Source: Candidatus Binatia bacterium
Lineage (GTDB): Bacteria; Desulfobacterota; Binatia; UBA9968; CAXXLF01
Length of the DNA: 64,000 bases
Reading direction: 5' to 3'
NCBI GenBank assembly: GCA_963664015.2
Contig: CAXXLF010000001.1
Coordinates: 832,001 to 896,000, forward strand
Shown: piece by piece, positions 49,354 through 59,678 of the stretch
How the letters are laid out: each line of letters opens with the position of its first letter
How positions within the stretch are numbered: position 1 is the first letter of the stretch
Notes under the pieces: generated by a model
Told to the model about the DNA's origin: nothing
What the model saw: the letters and a program-made list of their open reading frames with translations, nothing else
Databases searched by the model: none
Made by a program: the position numbers and the translations under genes

Positions 49354-50259
49354 TCACTGGTACCGAAGTCCCCAGTTCCCTCCCCATTCGAATCCGTAGT
49401 TAAAAATAGAAAAGAGCAGCGCGTGCCACCAACTCCTCCCACGGGGGCGGGCGTAAATAATTTGAGGTTCACCCGCAATTCCGGCCTGACTTGATGCGAG
49501 GCTGATCGCGTCCTCGATGTTACCAAGTCTGTCCACCAGACCCATCTCCTTGGCCTGCTCCCCGGAAAAGATGGCCCCGTTGGCTAGTTCCCGAACCCGT
49601 GCTTCCTCCATGGCCCGGCCCTTTGCCACCGCACGAACAAACTGCCCGTGCACGCTGTCAACTACCGACTGCAGAATCGCCTTTCCCTCGGGAGTTAATG
49701 GACGAAGCGGCGAGCCAATATCTTTATACGGGCCGCTTTTAATATTGGTTCCCTTTAGACCCAATTTTCCCATGAGTCCTTCGACGTTGGCCAGTTCGAT
49801 AATGACTCCAATTGATCCCGTAAGGGTCCCCGGATTGGCAACGATCAGATTGCACGCACTGGCGATGTAGTATCCCCCTGAGGTGGCCATGCCGCCCAGA
49901 GAGGCAATCACCGGCTTGCTCTTCTTGAGTTTTTCGATCTCCGTGTAGATCTCCTGCGTAGGGACAACCCCCCCACCGGGGGAATCGATACGAACGACAA
50001 CGGCCTTGATGCTCGTGGTTTCACCGAACCTCTTCAGATTGCGTATCGCCTCATCGGATTCATTGATAGCCCCCTCGACCATCAGGACCCCTACGGCATC
50101 CCCACCCATAAGACTGAGAACCCGGGTCTCGCCCCCTGTAAAATAAGTATAGAAAAAAACTGTTACAAATAGAACCAGCATGGCGAGAAAAAGTATTCCC
50201 ATTCCCCGCAGTAATGAATGTCCGCTGAATACGGAACGGAGCTTGGACCAAAGGGTCAT
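49354..50259 (-). CDS. sppA: signal peptide peptidase SppA (S49, short form)
   Basis: RIDSPGG, ATSGGYYIA, GTLTGSIGVI, KSGPYKD. Confidence 0.93.
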   Translation of the reverse strand: MTLWSKLRSVFSGHSLLRGMGILFLAMLVLFVTVFFYTYFTGGETRVLSLMGGDAVGVLMVEGAINESDEAIRNLKRFGETTSIKAVVVRIDSPGGGVVPTQEIYTEIEKLKKSKPVIASLGGMATSGGYYIASACNLIVANPGTLTGSIGVIIELANVEGLMGKLGLKGTNIKSGPYKDIGSPLRPLTPEGKAILQSVVDSVHGQFVRAVAKGRAMEEARVRELANGAIFSGEQAKEMGLVDRLGNIEDAISLASSQAGIAGEPQIIYARPRGRSWWHALLFSIFNYGFEWGGNWGLRYQ

Positions 50260-51977
50260 GGAATTTCCCCCTTCCCTTTGTTGTCCGGCTGAGGCCCCTC
50301 TTCCTTATCGAGTTTTAAGTCCTCATTGAGAATCGTTTCAAAAGAGAATCTGCCTGCATCCCGCTCCTTTTTCAAATAGGCCTCGAGCTCCTCGCGCTCT
50401 TCGGTCTGACCCAAAGCACGGATGCTAAGCCCGATCCTTCTTTCATTAAGATCCAGGTTGAGGACCTCCGCTTCAACCATATCCCCTACTTTGAAAAGGC
50501 TCGAAGGCTTTTCGACTCGTTCCCTACTGAGCTGGGAGACGTGGATGAGACCTTCAACGGCTTCGTCAATACGCACAAAGACTCCAAAGTCGGTTACCCG
50601 GGTAACGGGCCCATTGATCTTGGAGCCTACCGGGTTCTGCTCGGCCACCTTTTCCCAGGGATCTTTATCGACCTGCTTGATTCCAAGGGAAAATCTTTCG
50701 CTCTCCGCATTAATCCCCAGCACCTTGGCCTCGACAATGTCGCCCTTATTGTACAGCTCGGAAGGATGCTTGATCTTCTTGGTCCAATGCAGATCGGAAA
50801 TGTGGACCAGACCGTCGATATCTTCTCCAACTCCGACAAAGATACCGAAATCCGTGACGTTACGCACGGGTCCCTTGACGATAGTGCCCACCGGATACTT
50901 TTCATTTGCCAGGAGCCATGGGTTGGGAATGACCTGCTTTAACCCGAGGGAAATACGGCGCCGGGTTGGATCCAAGTTGAGAATAACCGTTTCTACCTCC
51001 TCACCGACCTTGACGACGTTCACTGGATGTGTAACCTTCTTCGCCCACGACATTTCCGACACGTGGATCAAGCCCTCGATTCCTTTTTCTAGTTCCACGA
51101 AGGCACCGTAATCGGTCAATCCAACGACTTTTCCCGTCACCCGCGATCCGACCACAAATTTCTCCTCGACGGATTTCCATGGGTCCGGGGTGAGCTGCTT
51201 CATGCCGAATGAGATACGTTCCCGCTCGGAATCGAACTTGAGCACGACGACCTTGACCTGATCCCCGACCTTAACTAGATACGATGGATGATTAATCCTT
51301 CCCCAGGACATGTCGGTGATGTGAAGGATACCGTCGATTCCTCCTACGTCCACGAAGGCGCCGTAACTGGTAATATTTTTTACCGATCCTTCCAGAATGA
51401 CACCCTCCTCCAGAATTTTCAGGGTATCCTTTTTAAGCAACTCCCGCTCTTGCTCCACCAACAGCCTCCGGGAAAGGACTACGTTCACCCTCTCCCGATT
51501 GTATTTCAAGACATTGAAGCGGTCCTTGGTCCCCACAAATCGATCCCCGCTACGGCTCGCGCGTATGTCCACGTGGGAACCCGGGAGAAACGCCGGGACG
51601 CCCACGTCAACCTTGAAACCACCCTTAACTCGGGCAACGATCACCCCCTCCACTGATCCCCCGTCTTGAAAGGCCTTTTCGATATTATCCCAAACCTTGA
51701 GGTCCTCCGCCCGCTCTCTCGAGAGGGCAAGACCGCCGTTCTCTCCCTCCACGGATTCGAAAAAGACTTCCACATCGTCATCGACCTTAACCTCGAGTTT
51801 GTCGTCGTGGTCCTGAAACTCGCGTATCGGGATATGTCCTTCGGTCTTGTAACCCACATCTACTACGACATGAGTCGGCGTAATGCCTACGACCTTACCT
51901 TTGACAATCCCACCCGGGTGTACCGAACGAATGCTTTCTTCAAATAGGGTCTTAAAATCATCCTCGCCTTGGGCCAT
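50256..51977 (-). CDS. rpsA: 30S ribosomal protein S1
   Basis: six S1 repeats (GAFV..GL.H.S..SW); follows cmk. Confidence 0.97.
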   Translation of the reverse strand: MAQGEDDFKTLFEESIRSVHPGGIVKGKVVGITPTHVVVDVGYKTEGHIPIREFQDHDDKLEVKVDDDVEVFFESVEGENGGLALSRERAEDLKVWDNIEKAFQDGGSVEGVIVARVKGGFKVDVGVPAFLPGSHVDIRASRSGDRFVGTKDRFNVLKYNRERVNVVLSRRLLVEQERELLKKDTLKILEEGVILEGSVKNITSYGAFVDVGGIDGILHITDMSWGRINHPSYLVKVGDQVKVVVLKFDSERERISFGMKQLTPDPWKSVEEKFVVGSRVTGKVVGLTDYGAFVELEKGIEGLIHVSEMSWAKKVTHPVNVVKVGEEVETVILNLDPTRRRISLGLKQVIPNPWLLANEKYPVGTIVKGPVRNVTDFGIFVGVGEDIDGLVHISDLHWTKKIKHPSELYNKGDIVEAKVLGINAESERFSLGIKQVDKDPWEKVAEQNPVGSKINGPVTRVTDFGVFVRIDEAVEGLIHVSQLSRERVEKPSSLFKVGDMVEAEVLNLDLNERRIGLSIRALGQTEEREELEAYLKKERDAGRFSFETILNEDLKLDKEEGPQPDNKGKGEIP

Positions 51978-51981
51978 TAAG

Positions 51982-52710
51982 CTAATCTCCCCTTTTCCTT
52001 GGATTTGGGCGTTGTTTTTTTCTAACTTCTCGCATGATTCGATCAACCACGGCTTCCACGCCGAATGATGTCGAATCGATAACGACGGCATCCTCAGCCT
52101 TCCGCAGCGGGGCGACTGCCCGTTCCTGATCCCTCCGGTCCCGCTCTTCCATCTCCCTCAAGGTCTCGTCCAAAGTTCCCCCTTTTACTTGAGCCTGAAG
52201 CTCCAGGAAGCGCCTCCTCGCCCGTTCCGGTTTGGCGGCATCCAGGTAGATCTTCACATCCGCCTCCGGGAAAACAACCGTCCCGATATCTCTTCCTTCG
52301 GCTACCATTCCGCCTCGCGAACCCATAGACCTTTGGAGTTCCATCATCCGATCCCGAACGACCTTGAATTCTGAAACCTTGGAAGCCATCTGACTCATCT
52401 CGGGAGTGCGAAGTTCCTCGGTCACGTCGTGGCTGTTGAGAATGAGTCTCAGCCCCCTCTCCTCCACTATCAGTTCAAGCCGTATAGTTGCAAGGATTCT
52501 TCTTAACCCCACCTCGTCACTCGGATCAAGCCCCTTATTTAATACCGCCCAGGCTATGGCCCGATACATAGCTCCCGTGTCCAGGTACGTATACCCCAAT
52601 TCGCGGGCCAAACGCTTGGCCACGGTACTCTTACCCGCGCCCGACGGTCCGTCGATGGCAACCATCAACAGGGTCGCACCGTCCTTTTCAAGTCCTGGAT
52701 TCTGCTCCAT
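51982..52710 (-). CDS. cmk: cytidylate kinase
   Basis: AIDGPSGAGKST, DTGAMYR, EGRDIGTVVFP. Confidence 0.97.
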   Translation of the reverse strand: MEQNPGLEKDGATLLMVAIDGPSGAGKSTVAKRLARELGYTYLDTGAMYRAIAWAVLNKGLDPSDEVGLRRILATIRLELIVEERGLRLILNSHDVTEELRTPEMSQMASKVSEFKVVRDRMMELQRSMGSRGGMVAEGRDIGTVVFPEADVKIYLDAAKPERARRRFLELQAQVKGGTLDETLREMEERDRRDQERAVAPLRKAEDAVVIDSTSFGVEAVVDRIMREVRKKQRPNPRKRGD

Positions 52711-52718
52711 TTCCTTTT

Positions 52719-54002
52719 CTATCCGAGACCTTCTAGAAGATCAAAAAATCCGGGAAAGGAGATATCCGCGCAGATCTCGTCGTCGATCTCGACACCCCCG
52801 TCGGCACAAAGACCCGCAACCGCCATTGACATGGCCACCCGGTGGTCCGCATAGCTCTTGACCTGAGCGCCATTAAGCTTTTTCCGGCCTTCGATTCTCA
52901 TCCCCTCCTCCTGCTCCTCGACCGCCACCCCAAGATTCCTGAGCTCGCGCGTCATCGTGGCGATCCGGTCTGACTCCTTGGACCTCAGTTCCCCGACCCC
53001 GGAGAAGGTGCTCACGCCTTCCGCCATCGATGCTGCCACGGCTAAGACGGGATACTCATCGATGGTGCGGGCCACCATCTCCTCACCGACGGCAACTCCC
53101 CTGAGCCTTCCACCTCCGACGATTCGCAGGTCGGCCACCTGCTCGGCCCCTTCTTCTCGCACATGGAGCAGCTCGATGGAAGCCCCCATTCGCCTCAAAA
53201 TGTCAATGATCCCGCTGCGGGTGGGATTGCATCCAACTCCTCGGATTGTGAGATCGGAACCCGGAATCGAGGCCGCCGCCACCATAAAAAATGCCGCTGA
53301 GGAGACATCACCCGGAATTTTCACCTCTCTGCCGTACAGGGTCTGAGGTCCTTCAAGGGAGACCGAACATCCGTCCGCTTTGAGCTGCGCCCCAAAGGCC
53401 CGCGCCATAATTTCCGTATGATCCCTGGACTTCTGGGGCTCTTTGACGACCGTCATACCGTCGGCTTGCAGGGCGGCAAGCAGAATCGCGGATTTTACCT
53501 GAGCGCTTGCAACGGTCGTATCGTATCGTATTCCCTTGATCCTTCCTCCTTGAATAGTTAGCGGAGCCAGCCCTCTTCCTGCCGACCCGGAGACTTCGGC
53601 TCCCATCCGACTTAGCGGTTCGATTACCCGCTGCATGGGCCGTGTGCGTAGCGAGACGTCTCCGTCAAGTGTAGCCGTAAAGGGCCGCCCAGCTAGAACC
53701 CCGGCGAGTAGGCGCATCGTGGTTCCCGAGTTCCCGCAGTCGATGGTGCGGCTCGGCTTTGAAAGTCCTTCCCACCCTTTCCCGTCAGCGCACAGAACAT
53801 CCCCTTCACTCCAGATTTTAACTCCCATGTCCTTGAACGCCCGAACCGTCCGCGAATTGTCTTCTCCTCCTGAATGGTTAAAAATACGGCTCTCACCATT
53901 GGCAACACCGGCAAAGATAACGGCCCTGTGCCCAACGGACTTATCTCCCGGGACGGTCAACTCTCCCCTGAGTGGGCTTTTGGTTTCGCGAACCGTCTTC
54001 AT
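52719..54002 (-). CDS. aroA: 3-phosphoshikimate 1-carboxyvinyltransferase (EPSP synthase)
   Basis: PGDKS, DCGNSGTTMRL, ASAQVKSA, KESDR, DHRVAM. Confidence 0.97.
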   Translation of the reverse strand: MKTVRETKSPLRGELTVPGDKSVGHRAVIFAGVANGESRIFNHSGGEDNSRTVRAFKDMGVKIWSEGDVLCADGKGWEGLSKPSRTIDCGNSGTTMRLLAGVLAGRPFTATLDGDVSLRTRPMQRVIEPLSRMGAEVSGSAGRGLAPLTIQGGRIKGIRYDTTVASAQVKSAILLAALQADGMTVVKEPQKSRDHTEIMARAFGAQLKADGCSVSLEGPQTLYGREVKIPGDVSSAAFFMVAAASIPGSDLTIRGVGCNPTRSGIIDILRRMGASIELLHVREEGAEQVADLRIVGGGRLRGVAVGEEMVARTIDEYPVLAVAASMAEGVSTFSGVGELRSKESDRIATMTRELRNLGVAVEEQEEGMRIEGRKKLNGAQVKSYADHRVAMSMAVAGLCADGGVEIDDEICADISFPGFFDLLEGLG

Positions 54003-54019
54003 TCCGTACCCTGCAGCCT

Positions 54020-54886
54020 TCAACTGATTCCGTTCCTGAAATCGTTCGCCTTTTGAAACTCTTGTTCCAGGAGACTCCCTTTCCCGTTGCCAATCCATCC
54101 TCGAAGCCGCTCCAAACGCCTGATGTACTCTCCAAGGCCCTTGGAGATCGCCTGACGGTTAGCCAGACAGATATCACGCCAGAGTTCCGGCCGACTGGAA
54201 GCGATTCGAGTGAAGTCCTTGAACCCGCCTGCGCAATAGCCTTTGAGTTCCAGGGAATCAACACGGGATTGCCCCAGGCTATTAACCAACGCGTAGGCTA
54301 CTACATGGGGAAGGTGACTCACTAGAGCCAGTACACGGTCGTGCACGTAGGGACTCATCATCTCCACATCGGCACCCAGTCGGCGCCAGAACTGGGCCAA
54401 TTTCTTGAGCGATGCCTGATGGGTTTTCTGAGTCGGCGTCAGAATGCAGCGATGCCGCATGAACAGGTCGGGAACCGCTGCCTGAGCACCCCACTGCTCC
54501 CCACCAGCAATAGGGTGTGCCCCTACAAAATGAACCTTGCTACGAACGAGAATCCGGTCGACCTGATGGACCATCTTCCCCTTGACGCTACCGACATCGG
54601 TAATAAGGCACCCGGCCTTTAGCCTCGGGAGAAAAGCCTTGGTCAGAGAGGCGATAGCCTCCACCGGGGTGGCCAGGACCAACAAATCGACGCCTTCAGG
54701 AACTCGACTTTGATCCATGAAATAGCTATCGACGATGGTCATTCTGCGTGCAGCGCGGAGGTTCTTTTCTCCACGACCGTAACCGACGATTTCATCGACC
54801 AGGCCCCGCTTCCGCGCCGCGAGGGCCATGGAGCCACCGATGAGTCCTACCCCTGCGATCACCATCTTACGAAACATAAATCCCAC
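54020..54886 (-). CDS. tyrA: prephenate/arogenate dehydrogenase
   Basis: GVGLIGGS, TDVGSVK, HPIAG, HD...A.VSHLPH, DFTRIA. Confidence 0.94.
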   Translation of the reverse strand: MGFMFRKMVIAGVGLIGGSMALAARKRGLVDEIVGYGRGEKNLRAARRMTIVDSYFMDQSRVPEGVDLLVLATPVEAIASLTKAFLPRLKAGCLITDVGSVKGKMVHQVDRILVRSKVHFVGAHPIAGGEQWGAQAAVPDLFMRHRCILTPTQKTHQASLKKLAQFWRRLGADVEMMSPYVHDRVLALVSHLPHVVAYALVNSLGQSRVDSLELKGYCAGGFKDFTRIASSRPELWRDICLANRQAISKGLGEYIRRLERLRGWIGNGKGSLLEQEFQKANDFRNGIS

Positions 54887-55902
54887 TAAATCTCCCTCCC
54901 CAACACCTCAGCCAACTTCCTCAATTTAACCATTAGGGCCTCGAACTTTTCAGGCTTCAACGACTGATGGCCATCTCTCAAGGCCACCTCAGGATGAGGG
55001 TGAACTTCGATCAAAAGCCCATCAGCTCCGGCGGCAATTCCCGCAAGGGCCATGGGTGCTACCAGGTCCCAGCGTCCGGTCCCATGGCTCGGGTCTACAA
55101 AAACAGGCAGATGGGAAAGCTGCTTCAAGAAGGGAAGGGCACTCAGGTCCAGGGTATTTCTCGTCGCGGTTTCAAAAGTCCGAATCCCCCGTTCACAGAG
55201 AATGATCTGGCGATTTCCCTCCGCCGCGATGTACTCTGCCGAGAGGAGAAGCTCCTCAACCGTGGCGCTCAGACCACGCTTGAGCAGCACTGGTTTATTG
55301 ATCTTCCCCACCTCGGTCAAGAGCTTGAAGTTCTGCATATTTCTGGCACCGATTTGTTGAGGATATCCGCATACCGGCTAACCAAATCGATATTCCTCGG
55401 ATCCAATACTTTCGTGATTATGGGCAACCCTGTGACATCGCGGGCCGAGACAAGATAACCCAGGCCCTCTTCAGCCAGGCCCTGAAAGCTGTAGGGTGAG
55501 GATCTCGGCTTAAAGGCTCCTCCGCGAAGGAAGGTCGCCCCAGCCGCTTGTGTTGGGCATGCCGCCGCTAGCACCTGTTGACTCGACTCTACAGAGCACG
55601 GGCCGGCAATCACATGGAATTTTTTACCACCGATCCGATGACACGCAACTTCTATAACCGTATCCTCTTGTTGGAACTCTCGGCTAACCAGTTTATAGGG
55701 CTTCAGGATCGGTACCACCCGCTCGATACCTGGGGAAGGATTCCAAGGTTCGATCGGAGAGCTGACGCTCGTCGCCGATGGCTCCGATAATGGTCCTTTC
55801 TTTTCCAACGGACAAATGGGCGCGCAGACCGAGGGATTCGATCCTTTCCACCACATTTTGAATCTGTCCTTCGTTTAATCCCGGATTCAGAACAACGATC
55901 AT
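54886..55902 (-). pseudogene. aroF: DAHP synthase (type I-beta with N-terminal regulatory domain), two frameshifts
   Basis: [48 protein letters not shown] spread over three ORFs; +1 nt at ~55733 and +2 nt at ~55357. Confidence 0.9.
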
Positions 55903-55915
55903 AGCCCTGCCCAAC

Positions 55916-57025
55916 CTACACTTTTGGTTTTACGAACAATTCTAGCTCATTGATAAGTTTAACATTCTCTTCCTTGGTACCTACAGTAACCCGAACCCAC
56001 TCGGGCAAATCGTACCCAACCTGGGGTCGGATGATTACGCCCTTGCGCAGAAGATGCTCAAAGCACTTACTCCCATCGCCTACCCGGACCAGTATAAAGT
56101 TGGCGTGACTGGGGATCTGCTCCAATTCCAGCCGTTGAAACTCACCCTTCAGAAACTCCAAACCCTCCTGGTTGACGCTACGCGACCGCTCCACATGCTC
56201 GCTATCACCCAGTGCGGCCAATGCGGCCCATTGGGCTGCAGCATTGACATTGAAGGGCTGGCGCACGCGCTGCATGAGATCCACCACCTCCTCGGGTCCC
56301 ACTCCGTAGCCTATCCGGAGCCCGGCCAGGCCGTAAAGCTTGGAAAAGGTCCGCAGCGTGAGGATCGTCTTCCCCTGGCTATGGTACTGGAGCGAGTCCG
56401 GGTAGTCCGGATCTCGGACATATTCAAAATAGGCCTCATCCACCACGATAAGGATTTCTGGGCTCACATCCGCGAGGAACCTTTCCCATTCGGCCCTAGG
56501 GTAGACTGTTCCGGTTGGGTTGTTGGGGTTGGCCAAGAAGACAATGCGGCTCTTGGGGCCAATGGCCCGTCCTATGGCATCCAGATCATGCCCAAACTCT
56601 CTGGAGGGAACGGTATTGCAGAGCCCTCCCACAGACTGGACCACGAGACGGTAGATGAAAAAGGCGTAATGATCCATCACCGCCTCGTCCCCGACCTGCA
56701 TGAAAGTGCGTACAGCCAGTTCAATTAGCTCATTGGAGCCATTTCCCAGTATCAGTTGGTTACGTGAAAACCCCAGGTTCTCGCCGAGGGCATGCTTCAA
56801 GTGGAAGCAATCCCCATCGGGGTAGAGATTTAACTGGTCCAATCTTTCTGCCAGCGCATGGACGGCCTTGGGCGATGGACCCAGCGGGTTCTCATTGGAA
56901 GCGAGTTTGATACAGTTCTGGATACCATACTCCCTTTCGACTTCCTCGATAGGTTTGCCGGGGTTGTACGGGATCAGGGAACGGATATATTCGGGGACTT
57001 TGTCGATGATATTCACAAGCCGCAA
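55916..57025 (-). CDS. hisC: histidinol-phosphate / aromatic aminotransferase
   Basis: KLASNENP, NPNNPTG, DEAY, RTFSKLYGLAGLRIGY. Confidence 0.95.
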   Translation of the reverse strand: MRLVNIIDKVPEYIRSLIPYNPGKPIEEVEREYGIQNCIKLASNENPLGPSPKAVHALAERLDQLNLYPDGDCFHLKHALGENLGFSRNQLILGNGSNELIELAVRTFMQVGDEAVMDHYAFFIYRLVVQSVGGLCNTVPSREFGHDLDAIGRAIGPKSRIVFLANPNNPTGTVYPRAEWERFLADVSPEILIVVDEAYFEYVRDPDYPDSLQYHSQGKTILTLRTFSKLYGLAGLRIGYGVGPEEVVDLMQRVRQPFNVNAAAQWAALAALGDSEHVERSRSVNQEGLEFLKGEFQRLELEQIPSHANFILVRVGDGSKCFEHLLRKGVIIRPQVGYDLPEWVRVTVGTKEENVKLINELELFVKPKV

Positions 57026-58101
57026 GGATAGGAGCCAAGGACCTTTTCAAAGATGCATTGCTTTTCCAGTTGCTTTAGCGCCTTCAGCACCTTCGGTTCC
57101 TCCCTATGTCCATTAAAATCTAGAAAAAAGAGATACTCCCAGGGTTTCAATTTAAGGGGACGAGATTCGATCTTCGTCAGGTTCACTTTGTTTTTGGAAA
57201 AGGGGTCGAGCATCCGGTGGAGTACCCCTACCTCGTCTTTAACCGAAAACACGATGGAGGTCTTATCCTCACCGGTGGGCGGAGCAACGTGATTGCCAAT
57301 GATGAAGAAGCGGGTAATATTGTTGGCCTGATCCTCGATATTGGCTTCAACCGTTCTCAGATCATAGATCTCCTTCGCCAAGCTACTCGCCACCGCCGCC
57401 AGGCTGGCATCCTGAGACGCCATCTGGGCCGCCTGAGCCGTGCTCGGTACCTCCTCGGCTGTAATTTTGGGAAAATGGCTGGTCAGCCAACCGCGGCACT
57501 GGGCAAGGGCCTGCGGATGAGACACAATGCGTTGAATCTGCTCCCCCTGACCGGATCGAGAAAGAAGGTTCTGATGGATCTCAAGAAAGATTTCCCCGCT
57601 AATAGTTACATTGGATTCCACCAGCAAATCGAGAGTGTGCGCAATGACCCCTTCCGTTGAATTTTCAATTGGCACCACGCCGTAGTCGGTCCGTCCTTGG
57701 GCCACTTCTTGAAAGACTTCGCTAATGCTAGAGACAGGGACAAATAGACTGGACAAACCAAAACGCTCATGGGCCGCCATCTGCGTAAAGGTCGCTTCCG
57801 GTCCCAGGTAGGCGACTCTGATGGGAGCCTCTAGGGAACGAGAAGCGGAAATAATTTCACGATAGATGGAACGAAGCGAGAGTTGGGACAGGGGGCCCGG
57901 GTTCAGGCTTTCAATTCTTTGTAGAATGGTCTTTTCGCGACTTGGAACATAGACTGCTTCATTTCGGAGAGTTTTTATCCGCCCGATTCCCTGTGCCAGG
58001 CGTGCTCGTTCATTGAGAAGCTCTATGATCTTTTCATCGGCTTGATCTATCTTTTTTCTGACCGCATCGACCGACGGAATTCGTCTCAAGGAAAACCTCA
58101 C
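57013..58101 (-). CDS. pheA: chorismate mutase / prephenate dehydratase (P-protein)
   Basis: AroQ domain, LGPEATF, PIENSTEG, SHPQALAQC, TRF, IESRP. Confidence 0.96.
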   Translation of the reverse strand: MRFSLRRIPSVDAVRKKIDQADEKIIELLNERARLAQGIGRIKTLRNEAVYVPSREKTILQRIESLNPGPLSQLSLRSIYREIISASRSLEAPIRVAYLGPEATFTQMAAHERFGLSSLFVPVSSISEVFQEVAQGRTDYGVVPIENSTEGVIAHTLDLLVESNVTISGEIFLEIHQNLLSRSGQGEQIQRIVSHPQALAQCRGWLTSHFPKITAEEVPSTAQAAQMASQDASLAAVASSLAKEIYDLRTVEANIEDQANNITRFFIIGNHVAPPTGEDKTSIVFSVKDEVGVLHRMLDPFSKNKVNLTKIESRPLKLKPWEYLFFLDFNGHREEPKVLKALKQLEKQCIFEKVLGSYPCGL

Positions 58102-58446
58102 ATAGGCGTACCCTCTTTACAGGAAGACACGCCGAATAACCTAACCTATCTTAATTCCTACGCAAATGCAAAGAGGGAAGACCTAACCTGAAGAAGAAAG
58201 AAACTGCATCGCAAATTCCCTTTGATGCCGTAATTGATTCCAACTCCAGCGCGAGCAAGCTTCTAGAGGAATCCGAGGATGGCGATTGTGGCAGACTTAA
58301 CTGTCACAACTAGGCTACCAAAATTGCTCCGAAAATTGCGCAGGGACCGTACTCGAGGGAGAGGGCCGTCAAGATGGCCATCTCTCCCCGGAGTTAAAGA
58401 TGGGTCGGAACCACCATTAACAAGGGGTTCCAATGGGATCTACAAA

Positions 58447-59544
58447 CTAGGCGGGCGGAGCCGCGACGGGTGGGGCTTGAATCCGTGCAGGTTGCTCATT
58501 CGAAGTCGTTACACCGACTTCTTGCTGCGCCTCCTGGAGCGCTTTGATCCTGACGATCCTATCTACCGTAATGCTTTCGTCAATGTTTCCTTGGGCAATC
58601 TGTTCCCTGATAGACTGTTCCACCGCTTTCAGCGGCAAATCGCAGTCTGGCGGAATGCGAGTGTCGAAATTTTCGAACATAGCCTCAAATAATTTTCTAT
58701 CGGCTTGAACGATTTGATCGAACCCGGCATCTTCAACGAATCGAATGATCTCCTCCTTGGTTCGCCTTTCCCTAAAGTGCCGATTGGCTCTGATCATGCC
58801 CTTGAGAAAGCCTTTGACAGTGTTGTGGTGATAATTGACCATTTGACCCGTTGCCACCATCACCCGATCCTGCCGGGGCAAATAGGCCTCTTGAATATTG
58901 ACGAGAATGGGAAAACCTTCTGACTTGAGTCTCTCTACCTGCACATTGACGGCGAGCAAGCCTTGGGCCTCACCTCGGCGGAAGGCAGCCTCCATGCCGA
59001 GAATGTCGTGCAGGTCCCCGTTGTAATAATCGATCTTAACGTCCACATTAGGCACCATACCGGCATCGCTAATGACCTGAGTCGATTGTACGGTCATCTC
59101 ATCGCCGGGCGTAAATACATTGATCTTGCCTCCCTTTAGATCTCTAGGCGACTTCATACCCTTCTGCCCGAACAGGAAAAAGGCATGGGTCATTCGTCTT
59201 GGACCGATAATAAAAATGTCACTTCCATTATTGATAGCCTTCAATACATAGGGGGGTCACAGGGTCCACCGCGAAGTCCGCCAGGCCCAGGTTTACCGCT
59301 TCAAGGCTCGCCCCTTCGCTTTCAAGGGTCACGAGTTCCACGTCTTCAAAGCCTTCATCTGCAAAAAAGCCCTTGGCAAGCGCGATGAGAGGGATAACGA
59401 CATGGTTCCATTCATCATGGTCCGAAGAGATACGGATCCGAGGATGGAGTGAGCTCCGACTGCGGCCGGAGTTACTCAGATTCCAATCCAGCCATGACTG
59501 TGGATCTTTAAAAATGGAACATTGGATATGACTTCATTGCTCAT
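58447..59544 (-). pseudogene. NMT1/SsuA-like substrate-binding protein with a degraded 5' third
   Basis: GGGGAG + ATG 59544 hits an early TAA; downstream ORF keeps DLKGGKI, VKGFLKGMIRA, VDRIV...L.EAQ.E. Confidence 0.6.
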
Positions 59545-59678
59545 AAAAACTCCCCCTTAAAGATAACTTGATATATAAATAATCAATAAATAAAACTTAT
59601 CTATATAAATTTTTCGCCAATTACCAAGCCATTTTTACTGTGGATGCGGTATTCAGCATGGGAACCCCGTGTTTTGAA

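Noticed and set aside
58395-58430. T-box riboswitch upstream of pheA (GGTGGTTCCG on the minus strand)
   Set aside because: Deviates from UGGNACC and there is no room for Stem I before the upstream gene's stop.
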